Shown piece after piece: positions 52,843-64,000 of a stretch of 64,000 bases of DNA. The stretch's first letter is position 1. Each line of letters opens with the position of its first letter. This stretch comes from Rhizophagus irregularis (Eukaryota), in NCBI RefSeq assembly GCF_026210795.1, contig NC_089434.1:3410001-3474000 (forward strand), in the 5' to 3' direction. The notes beneath the pieces are model-generated. The model had not been told where the DNA came from and did not search any database. It saw only the letters and a list, made by a program, of their open reading frames with translations. The translations under genes and the position numbers were made by a program.

Positions 52843-53486
52843 ATGGAACAACTATCAACCATTTATTCTACCACCCAATCCGTTAATTATCCCAGTCAAA
52901 ATCATAACTGGACCAATACTGATGTTATCTCCTCTTATAAAGAGGTATGCGAACAACTTTATATCCGTAAAGAGGAATTACGTGAAGAACGCGAACAAGA
53001 AGGACAAAAGAAACTCAGAAAAAGTTCATCGCATTCCAAACTATCTCAAAAAGCTGCAGAAAGAAGTAACAATGTTGATACTGGAGTAAACATTGAAAAC
53101 ATTAGCATCCAACTCAAACAACAGGAAGGAAAACCTACTTTATCAGTTAGTTATGTAGGAAATGGAAACGAACTTGTTTTACCAATGACTTTAAGATGGT
53201 AAGTTAAAAATTTTTTGGTGTATTATTTTTCTTTTTAATATTCGTCATCAACTTCTACTATTCCATTAATTCTCTGTATCAAAGGAAAGACATGGATTCT
53301 GCTGAGCATACTCCTATGGTCAACCCATCGTCATATGTTAATCGTATTCTTAGTAAACGAAGAAATCGTCGACAATTAAGACATGGCAATACTTATGCAC
53401 TAATGAATCTTATTAGGCAATTACCAAGACAAAACGTAAACGATCCATTTGCGAACCAAATTTTTAATGGATCCAACTTCTTCTGA
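52843..53486 (+). CDS. Family member 5, predicted two-exon gene (52843-53198 + 53285-53486, 185 aa)
   Basis: ATG at 52843; donor TG|gtaagt at 53199; 86-nt intron ending tatcaaag| gives in-frame W-K-D-M-D-S; exon 1 is homologous to 47965-48269; exon 2 has KRRNRRQLRH and NDPFANQIFNGSNFF. Confidence 0.78.
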
Positions 53487-56400
53487 ATATGATTATCGAT
53501 TCGTTCTGTTATTCAAATATAGTTTCTCTGCTTATTTTTTAATTCAAATAAAATACAGTATATAGCTCCATTGTATAATACTGTATAAAAAAATTATTTT
53601 ATCATGTATTTTATAATGTTACTTTCGAAAGAATACTAAGATTAACGTTATATATATATTATATATATATTTTTTTAAGCTATAAAATCATGTGGAGTAA
53701 TTATTTTTGTAATATTCATTAGGTTTTATTCCATCTTTTTTCTTTCATTTTAATACAAATAAATCACTTTCTACAATTTAAGAAAAAATTATTTTAAAGT
53801 AACAATCCACGTGAAGTCAAAATGTCCATCACGTTACTCTGAAATTTATTAAAAAAAATTCATTTATTATACTGTATAACAAAGTTTGCGGTATTTAATA
53901 CTGTAACCATAAGTGATGCTATTCATCAGGCAGTCCAATGACTATCACTGATCAAAATTGTGTTCATTAACCGTCATTCATTAATCAGACAATACCGTTA
54001 TAACAGTTATATGTCGTCAAAATTTCCAAACAGACTACTAATTATAAAGTAAATGATTTCTATATTTTTATTAATATCATTATAGAAAATATGGTGTGGA
54101 AATGTCCATGTGTTGAGGTGGGATGGGAATTGAGAAGAAAATAATTCGTTAGCTCTGGATATATTGCACTAATTGCAGATCGCCGGTTATTAAATTTAAA
54201 ATAAATTATTGTAAATAATGAGTGCTATCAGTATGCCCCTTCCATGTTAATGACATGGTTCACTTATTTTGATAATGTTCAACGTCTTTACCTAATTTAT
54301 TAATAGGACTATATGACTTCCTTGCTATTTTATAATACAGACTAGTTTTGCTCTTTTAGAAGAGAAGGTAGCATTAATTAGGCTGTCTGGTATTATTGCT
54401 TACTTGGTATTTCTACAGGTTTCATATTTTCTGCGAGTTTTGTTTTAAAAGATTTGTATCTATTGTAAAGAAAATAAGCCAACTTTTTATTTTAAAAAAA
54501 ATTTGTATTCTTGGTATTTGGTAATGTAGACGTGAAAAGAAAGCTTAAATTATAGCTTAAATAATACGCGATAAATATTTAAATAGATCAGTTGCCACAA
54601 ACTGCGCCGTATGTAACAAAATCACATGCTCAAAAATCACATGCCCGAGCTTTTTTTGATGGTGTTACTGGGGAAGATATTGTCATAAGTTGAATATAAT
54701 GTGTATGATGAGTATATAACATAAATAATATAAATATGTCTCCAATACCTTCAGTTTTTTTCTTTAATTAGGTCTTCTTATTCTTGATTTTTTCTTTGGA
54801 ACAAGAATATTTGCACCTGATAGGTCTTCTCTTTATTTTAGGTCTTCTTTTGTTTTTCGATTAAATAATCTTGAACATGGAAATAATCTTGAACATAGTT
54901 GAATTTTTCTTTGATAAGTAATAAACCAAGAATATCTTCACCATTATTTAATAAAATTTTTAAAATTTTTAAATATTTCAAACGGCTAATCAGATTTTTT
55001 AACGTGGAATTTTGACAAAAATTTATTATTCATATAGTCTTATAACTTATACGGTATATTTTTAATGTAAATCTGGACGTTCATATTACCTAAAACTGAC
55101 AGTTTGTGAACGTATAATAATATAACGTCCAACCTGCGGGGGGGGGGAAATGATCCTCAGATTTTATCCTCAGATTATAGTACTAACGGATATTCGTATG
55201 ACTATCCGCACTATCTTCGGATGGCGGATTTGTAACACCACATGCAACGATTGTAGCGTAAATGCAACTTAAAAAAATTTAATAACTAAATGATTTTTAA
55301 TGAAATTTTTTTAAAAAAAAAAAATGATGAAAACAATAGAATATATAAATTTGAAATGATACATTAACGAATAAATTTTATTTCTAAATAGTATCATCAT
55401 GGTTACTTTTTATCATCAATTGCTGCTGTAATTATTCGTTCAGTTCATGTAAAATGAGGAGAGATGATAATTATGCAGTCTTTATAAATATTGAAAGAAC
55501 ATGTACATGAAAATTCTTTTAAACAAAAACGAAAATGTATTAATGTGAAAATTAAAAAATCAATTGAAGTTTTTAAATGAATAAAAAAAAACTAGTATTT
55601 TTTTTTTCAAAATAAAATATAAATTAATAATTAAAAAAATGATGTATGAAAATAATTACTTTTAAGTTTTAACTAATAAAATTTATTGTTTACTAAAAGG
55701 ATTTATTTAAATTAAAATTAAAATGACTGAATTTTTTTATTGAAAAATTTTGGAACAAAAGAACCAGCAATGCTGAATCAAAGTTGAAAGAACCAAGGGA
55801 AAAATCCGTCTAAAGAAAGTAGTAAAAAAAAAAGATTATCATTCGGCATACAAACCATAATTGACTGGTCTGATCAGCCGAGTTTCCTGTAAAAATAGAC
55901 ATGTAATAGAGCTCAACAAATTGATTTTGATTTGGTGATAATCGGTTTTAATTGAAGAAAAATTGTAAGTTACATAATTTGACATGAGAAAATTAAAAAA
56001 AAAGAATAATTTAATAAAAAAACTTCTTACATTAATTAAAATAAAGTTTTTGATTTATTTTTTTAATAAAGGAGTTTGATCGCTGGAAAAAAACCTATTT
56101 CGGGAATTTTTTTTAGAAGTACGAGTAATTTATGTAATATGTAATTATTTAAGCCACATCATCCAAATTTGTCCTTTTTTATATTGATAATAAATAAAAA
56201 TTTACATATTTGGAAATAATTTATATTTTTGATTAATGTAATATTTGTATTATAGCCACATCATCTGATACCTTTATCTGTTATGGAAATTGGAACAGCC
56301 AAATAAAAGTTGCAAAAAAAAAAAATTTTTTTGATTTTTTTTTGTAAATATTGCATAATATGTTTATTTTTTTTTGATTTGTTGATTTGAATAAATTAAG

Positions 56401-56623
56401 TGTAAATAAAGTAATATTGATTATTTTGAGTAATACATAAAAACTTTTTTTTTTGCGTAATTTGTGTAAGTAAATAGTAAATATTGCGTAATATGTAGAG
56501 TAACACGTAATTTATTTCTTTATTTTTTTTTTTGAATGAAAAAAAAAATGAAGAAAAAAATATATATAGCCCATGATTTATAAGAAGGGAGAGTGGGTGT
56601 TATACTCTTATCTTATTACTAAA

Positions 56624-57108
56624 TCTATAATCTAAAATCTAAGATATTAAATTCGCAGGCAAATTTTTCGTGTAGATCACAACCAAAAAAGAGTATACTT
56701 TGATGATCGTTTAACCGGGTGGGGCACTTTATTTTAAAAAATATAAAAAAAATTGTAACACTATATTTCAGAGAGTACGACAGATTACCGAATAGGAAAA
56801 GGCTATTGTCTGTTTTTTACTCTAGTGATAATTTGGTCACTAATTTATTACTCATACCACACTGTCGATTGTCTTTTTCTACAGATCTAATTGGTTCGGA
56901 GCTCGTCTAACAATATCGATTTTTTTTAAAAAAAAATGAGAGCAAAACTCGTTTGAAATAAATTACGGTATATAAATAAAGGATAATTCTGTGAATTTTT
57001 TTTTATTTGTGCTTGAATATATATGATTTACTTTCTATAAATTAATTATTGTGTAGGTAAAAATCATAACTGGTGGCGACGCAGTCGCCACATATCAACC
57101 TTCTCTAG
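56624..57108 (+). mobile_element. Non-autonomous Helitron
   Basis: 5' A|TCTATAATCTAAAATCT; 3' perfect hairpin GTGGCGAC-GCA-GTCGCCAC (57073-57091), then CTAG|T 13 nt later; no TSD. Confidence 0.8.
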
Positions 57109-57350
57109 TTATTAAATAATAATAAAATACGAAAAAAAAAGAAAAAAATACAAGGAAGAGATGAAAGAAAGTTGAAAAAGTTTAAAAAGTAAAAAAAAAA
57201 AATTTAAAAGATCAGAACTGCGGCTGTGCTGCGGTTATCAATATATCTTTTTATTTGTAATAAAGTTTATTATTATAAAAAATAAATGTATTCAGTTGGA
57301 TGCGATATCATACTATCATACACACGTACAAATGCGTACACAATTTTTTA

Positions 57351-57501
57351 AGCCCCTGAATATGATGATTGGAACCTCGTCGGGATAATTGATGTATGTT
57401 TACAAGTATCAATTGTACATGGTTACACTTATGTTACTTAGAGGAATTATTCCAAAGTGTACGAAACAGTTATCTTAATGATATCTTCGTATTCAGGGGC
57501 C
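57351..57501. mobile_element. Short MITE (Harbinger-like ends)
   Basis: GCCCCTGAATATGATGAT ... ATCTTCGTATTCAGGGGC inverted ends. Confidence 0.7.
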
Positions 57502-57692
57502 GTGGCGTAGATCGTAAATTTGTGTAAATTTGCAGGTATCACAAATATTATTAAATTTACACATAATTTAATCTCCTGATGAACTTAATAATTTATTCCC
57601 CTTTAGTAAACTTGCTGAATTTATTATAAAAGATCAATAAAACAAAGTAAAATAAAAATTTTTTCAGTGAAATAAATTTCTAAAATAACAAA

Positions 57693-60429
57693 ATGGAAAC
57701 TGAATTTAGTGAACTAAGTATTTTAAACAAAGATACTGATACAGTAAATACTAAAAATTGTTCATATTGCAATAAACCTTTTACTGAAAAAGTATGGTGT
57801 AAAGAATGTATTAATTCTTTAGCAAAATTAGCAGAAAATGGTGATGAAAAAGCAATGTTTAATTTAGCTACATGTTATCACAATGAAGAAGGAACAGAAA
57901 ACAATTTAGAAAAAGCCTTTCATTGGTATCATAAAGCAGCAGAAAATAATTTTAAAGAAGCAATGTTTAAATTAGCCAAATGCTATGATAATGGAGAAGG
58001 GGCAGAAAAGAATTTAGAAAAAGCCTTTTACTGGTATCAAAAAGCAGCACAAAATGGGCATGAAGATGCTATGTTTAATTTAGCCAAATGTTATGAGAAT
58101 GGAGAAGGGACAGAAAAGAATTTAGAAGAAGCCTTTTATTGGTATCAAAAATTAGCGGAATATGGTGATATAGAAGCAATAATAAGTTTAGCCATGTGTT
58201 ATGATAATGGAGAAGGAACAGAAAAAAATTTAGAAAAAGCCTTGTATTGGTATCAAAAAGCAGCAGAAAATGGTGATGTAGTTGCAATGTATAATGTAGC
58301 CATATATTATGATAATGGAGAAGGAACAGAAAAGAATTTAGAAAATGCCTTTTATTGGTATCAAAAAGCAGCAGAAAATGGTGATGTAATTTCAATGTTT
58401 AATTTAGCCTTATGTTATGAAAGTGGAAAAGGAACAAAAAAGAATTTAGAAAAAGCCTTTTATTGGTATCAAAAAGCAGCAGAAAATGGTGATAAAGAAG
58501 CAATGTTTAATTTAGCTTATAATTATGAAAATAGAGAAGGAACAGAAAAGAGTTTGGAAAAAGCCTTTTATTGGTACCAAAAAGCAGCAGAAAATGGCTA
58601 TAGAGAAGCAATGGCTATTTTAGCTGATTTTTATAACAAAGGAATAGGAACAGAAAAGAATTTAGAAAAAGCATTTTATTGGGATCAAAAAGCAGCAGAA
58701 GATGGTCATGTAGAAGCAATGTTTAATTTAGCTTATAATTACTATGAAAGTGGAGAAGGGACAGAAATAAATTTAGAAAAAGCTTTTTATTGGTATCAAA
58801 AAGCAGCAGTAAATGATCATGTAGAAGCAATGTTTAACTTAGCAATATATTATGAAGATGAAATAAGAACAGAAGAAAAAAATTTAGAAAAAGCCTTTTA
58901 TTGGTATCAAAAAGCAGCAGAAAGTGGTTATAAAGAAGCAATGTTTAGTTTAAGTGTACTTTATGAAGATGGAAAAGGAACAGAAAAAAATTTAGAAAAA
59001 GCCTTTTATTGGTATCAAAAAGCAAAAGAAAGTAATAAAATACTAAGTTCTGAAATTGAAGTTGAATTATGTAATGAATGTAAACAACCATATATTGATG
59101 ATGATTACCAGTGGTGTCAACAATGTAATATTAAACGATTGCAACAAGATTTTTCAAAGTGGACTTGTAAAAATGAATTTATTAATAAATTCATTGAAGA
59201 AGCACAACTAAAAGCCAGAAATAGTTATGAAATTTTAGAGTGGATACCATATAATAAATTATCAAATATTAATTATTATGATAAAGGAGGATTTAGTGAA
59301 ATTCACAAGGCTATCTGGTCAGATGGACCTATTTATAGTTGGAATTTTGACAAACAACAATGGAATAGGCAAGCAGATTATGAAATCATTCTTAAAATTC
59401 TTAATAATTCATCAAGTTTAGACAATAAATTTCTGGATGAGGTATATAAATAGTTGTTTATTTTTGTATTTTTCAGTTGCAAAAAATTAATAATTTTTTA
59501 TTATTATATAGTGGAAATATCATTATAATTGTCAGAAAAAATCATTTTCAAAACTTACACAAATCTTTGGATTTACCCAAGATCCAGTTAGTTTAAATTA
59601 TATAATTGTAATGAGTTATGCAAAAAAAGGAAGTTTGAGAAAATGTTTATCTGATATAAATAAATTTAAGTGGCAAGATAAGTTACAATTATTAAAAAAT
59701 ATTATATTAGGATTAAAAGTAATTCATGAATCAGGTTTAACTCATGGTGATTTTCATGATAAAAATATTTTGATGTCAGATAATTCCAATGAGATATTTA
59801 TTATTGATTTAGGATTATGTAAACCTATAAATGATGATAATGGAATTAATGAAATTTATGGAGTTTTGCCTTACATGGCGCCTGAAATATTAAGAAATAA
59901 TCCCTATACTCAAGCAAGTGATATTTATAGTTTTTCAATGATAATGTGGGAATTTACATCAGGTATTCCTCCATTTAAATATGAAGCACATGATCATAAT
60001 CTTGTTTTAAGTATTTGTGAAGGAGAACGTCCTGAAATTATAGAAAATACTCCAAAATGTTATATAGATTTAATGAAAAGATGTTGGGATTCAAATCCTT
60101 CCAATAGACCAACTATAATAATGCTTGAAAATATTATATCTGAATGGATTAGATGTATTAATAAACATTATAATTTAAACAGGGATGAAAATTCTAACTT
60201 TGAAGTACTTGATATTGATAGTCAATTAGAAGATGATATGTTGGAATTTATAAATGCAAATGAAGCTTTAGTACAAAAACAAGCGCATACTTCTATTATA
60301 CAATCTCATCCACAAGCATGTTATAAAAGTCGCAAACTTTCTGAAATTATAGATAGTGATAGGTCTGAATATTTAATATGTACTGATATTTCAGATAATA
60401 AATCTGAATATTTGGAACTTATGATTTAA
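57693..60429 (+). CDS. Sel1-like repeat (11x) tyrosine-kinase-like protein kinase, 888 aa; exons 57693-59441 and 59512-60429
   Basis: Eleven 36-37 aa AMFNLA..Y.NGEGTEKNLEKAFYWYQKAAENG repeats between two CxxC...WCxxC motifs; kinase motifs KGGFSEI, ILKIL, HGDFHDKNIL, IIDLG, YMAPE, SDIYSF; 70-nt GT-AG intron joins the two ORFs in frame. Confidence 0.95.
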
Positions 60430-61449
60430 AATTAATAATTCTGTTGTTATTTAATTTTTATTTGTTAAATTATTTATCAGTTACTATTATGTGGGAAATA
60501 TTTATATTTATGTATTTTTATAGTTTTTACAATAAAGTAAAAAGAATTAAATATTATAAGATGATGGCTAAATTTAATGTAACATGATAGTGCCACAGGA
60601 AATTCTAAATTGCAATTTTTCCCCCCGGACACTTGTACTGTTCTGAATTGAACCGAACTGAACTGCACTGTTCTAGTACTATAAAACTTTCGGAAAAAAA
60701 TTGAAGATCATGCCCATATTTTGATCGGTAACCTTGGCCGATCAATTTTTTAGGTAAAAAATAAGGATGGGCAAAATTATATTCCAAAATACATCGAACA
60801 ACAAAATTATTTTCTAGTGGTGTCAAATAAATAATTATTAATTCGATTAATTGTGTCAAAATTTACCGATCTAAGAGAATTCGGAGACTATGATGTATTT
60901 AATTGCATGCATATGGCGTTTCCTATTTGGTGATACATATTACCGCATCTATTATGTTCACTATTTAGGAATAACGAATTTATTTTTTATACAATAATTA
61001 GTCCAAAGTGTAACGAAGGAACTATATTATTGTGCATAATAATAAGATCACGCACATATTTGCACAACATAGTAAACATTTGTTTTCCTTTTCCGAATTG
61101 TTTGTTATTATATATAGAGCACAATTATCTGTTATGACCTTAAACTACTTTACGTGCTCTTGTTATCCAAATTTTCAAATAGTCCATCCTATGTCATCCG
61201 TCGAATTAAAATCTTTAGTTGTTGAAGTAATTTCAAATCCTTGTTTACACTCATGATTGATCCTTTCTATCATAATGCAAATACAGTATTTCTATCTCTT
61301 ATAACAATTCGTCATTTTATTAAAATGCATATATGCACGCATTAAAAATAAATTTTGCTTAACTCCTTAACAACAAAAAATAGAGAGCATTTACTTTGCT
61401 GGACATGCATAGCAGATAGCTGACTTATTATACGGTTATTAGCTTTTTA

Positions 61450-61989
61450 CTACAACTACAACGTGCTTCTGATTACGAGTACATGTAACTACTTTACCAT
61501 TACGTACTACCTAACTACGTAATCATAATTTTTTTACATGACTACATGACTACGTGAGCACAAAAATATAATCGACTACATTACCTATCACGTACTTACG
61601 TAGCTATGTAATCATAGACTACCCAGCGTACCCTACAAAAATGTCACGAAATGGCCGGCATTAAGAGATTAAGAAATTAAACTATGTGACAAATAATGTG
61701 TGACAAATAGGATTTCACACCTCGAAAAAATTCAAGTCCCTCAGATACTTATGAAAAATGGAAACAAGGAAGGGTGTGGCGTATGTGACAAAAACGGTCA
61801 CATGATTTTTCGTGACATTTTTGTAGGTAAAAATAAATTTATGTAATTGTAAAATTTACTGTTTGTACTGTATAATGTAGTCGCTTTGCAGTATTGTGCT
61901 TACATGAGTCTATGACTACGTGATATCTATGACTACGTGAGAGTACGTGATATCATGTACTCGTAGTCACAACTGCATTGTAGTTGTAG
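61450..61989. mobile_element. TA-flanked MITE with nested MITE at ~61632-61827
   Basis: TA|CTACAACTACAA...TACGAGTACATG / CATGTACTCGTA...TTGTAGTTGTAG|TA; inner perfect CCTACAAAAATGTCACGAAA / TTTCGTGACATTTTTGTAGG. Confidence 0.85.
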
Positions 61990-62399
61990 TAATTAAATAT
62001 ATAATCCTTATTATACTGTATCACAATGTCGATCATTTTGTCGATCATTTATATTTTGATAACTTTGAATTACGCATTTTATTGGCTAGTTTTGAAATGA
62101 CTTTAATTTAGCCGTATCACAGTATTTTAGCCACATTATTTACTTTTCAGATTGTTGTTAAACGGTTCGCAAAATAATTTAATAATTTAGAAGTTATAAG
62201 TATACCAAAATTCTTAGTAGAAAAACAAAATATAGTGATTTTAATATTGCTTTATTCATTTTTAATACAGAAACTTATTTGACTGAAAGTTTAGATTTTA
62301 AGAAATTAATTCAAAGGTATTTAAATGTATATTTTATTAAAATTTTTGTTTTTTTTTATATATTATTTAACATTAATTAACATTTAAAAATACATAGAA

Positions 62400-64000
62400 A
62401 TGTCTAAAACTAGCAAATGTTCGTTGAGAAGTATTACAGCTTCTGTTTGTGATGACGTTACCAATGGTACAGTTCTTGTTACAGATAGAGTCAAGATTCC
62501 AGAGACTAATCTTGATATGAATTTGGTTGGGAAAGAATTATGCCGTCGTCACTATAACAAGCTAATAGTGAATGAAAAACATCGCTTAATGAAAGCACAA
62601 CGATGTGCTTATCCAAAACATGAGGACACAAAAAATAGTAAAAGAGGAAGACCACGAAAAAATTTTCTTAGAAAAATTCCACGGCGACTTTTACCTATTT
62701 TAAATCTCTCTCCCGATTCTCTTATTTGTAATCCGTGTCTTAATAATATAGATCGTGATGAAGAAATTCAACAATCTCTTAATTATCGACCACCAATTCG
62801 AAAGATCTCAAATTCAAATACAAACCCTGAATATTCATATATTTTCCGTAATGATCTTTTGTATTCACTCAAAGAATTTAAGGAATTAGAGACTGCATAT
62901 AATGAAGTATGTGAAGAACTTGATCTAACTAAATTAAGTATGTAATGAATTTTTTACATTTTGTTTGATTTTGTTTGTTTTTTCAATAATAACAACAAAT
63001 GACCTTATTTTATTTTATATTTTAATGAAATTTATTTTATTTTAGCTTCTATTGTATCTTTTAGTGAAAAAATTCATTTGATGTCTAATGTTTTGTATAA
63101 GAAACAACGCAAAGATGAAGAAAAGCCAATTTATGATCCTGACGAATTCAAAAAAATTCTGGAAGAAGAGGAGCCAAAATTGCAAGGATTTTTTGATGAA
63201 CTTGTTGCTAGCACAAATCCTGAGAAGAAAAGTCCTATAACTAATCAAACAAATAGAAAAAAACTTGTTGCGATGTGTCACTTTTTGGCCAGTATTAATA
63301 ACAAATTTATTAATGGTGTAAAAACAGAAGTAGGATTTTTATTGAGTGCATCAGGGACTTCTGCGTCAGCAATAGAAATTTTAGCAAATGCTGGACTTAC
63401 AATTAGAAGGGAAACTATTCAAAGACCAGAGCATCAATTAGCTAGATCACATGAAAGAACTGTCAAAGATTATATTATTGAAAATGTAATTTTTGTATAT
63501 ATTTTATAAATATATAGAAAATTTTACGTTGTAGTAAACAATGTTTTTTTTCGTATACTGTTTATATATTATTAGATATATTAAAAAAATTTTTTAATTG
63601 TCTTTAATATTGACGATTATCATAATATATATACTATACGATATCATTTTATTACAATACTTATGAAAGCATCTACTCAAGTCTCTGCAATTCTATTTAA
63701 TATTAACGATCATCTTATAGTTTAAAATCCAAAAGTGTTGATTCTAGCAATATAATTATTCAACTTGAATGCGATATTGTACATTGTATGATTAATGAAG
63801 AATAATCTGGATCTTGCATTTAGGTGGTGGCTTTAATTAAAGAATCTATTCAAGGTCTTTTTAATAATTATAAAGATCTTGCGGCACGTATGTTTATTGA
63901 CCTTTTGGACAATACAGTTCCATTGGTTTTGGATTTCTATTCAATAATTTTTGTAGTGGATGTTGGGAAGCATCTGAAGAAGCAATGTTGCGTATATGGT
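62400..64000 (+). pseudogene. Transposase-like gene with intact 5' exons (62400-62937, 63046-63485) and decayed 3' part
   Basis: In-frame GT-AG join; Cys/His clusters (LCRRHY, CAYPKH, ICNPC), AT-hook KRGRPRK, LSASGTSASAIEILANAGLTI; after the next intron LIVFNIDDYHNI, then stops and frameshifts. Family assignment (DUF6589/Academ-like) is tentative. Confidence 0.5.

Noticed and set aside
58075..58395. 106-aa antisense ORF with repeats
   Set aside because: Shadow of the Sel1 repeat array on the opposite strand.
3580..61256. Numerous 60-90 aa F/I/K/Y-rich ORFs in the track
   Set aside because: Composition reflects AT-rich poly-A/T DNA, many start at TTG/GTG, and frames are not preserved between duplicated segments, unlike the five family ORFs.

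Overview
Very AT-rich eukaryotic DNA with short GT-AG introns. The gene families (Sel1-repeat TKL kinase, single-pass Kelch protein, MACPF-like protein) point to an arbuscular mycorrhizal fungus (Glomeromycotina, Rhizophagus-like); this is inference, not a database result. Conventional genes are few: the 3' end of a MACPF-like gene (<1-1424), a 6-exon Kelch membrane protein (42638-44402, -), an 11x Sel1 kinase (57693-60429), a kinase pseudogene (~14.9 kb) and a decaying transposase-like gene (62.4 kb to the end). Most of 5-54 kb is a duplicated, divergently arranged cluster of a small basic protein family I do not recognise. Five apparently intact members (three single-ORF on -, two predicted two-exon on +) share an Arg-rich RxRRxRRxLR block and a C-terminal DPFxxQIFNG[ST]xFF motif. 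There are also two exon-1 pseudogenes, kilobases of conserved flanks and one mosaic copy. Many non-autonomous elements are present (TA-, TAA-, 3-bp- and 10-bp-TSD MITEs, nested stacks, a Helitron), including a MITE with a tRNA-like segment and elements built from cGNAg-triloop hairpins. No rRNA, intact tRNA or CRISPR array was found. Gene models and alignments were read by eye.
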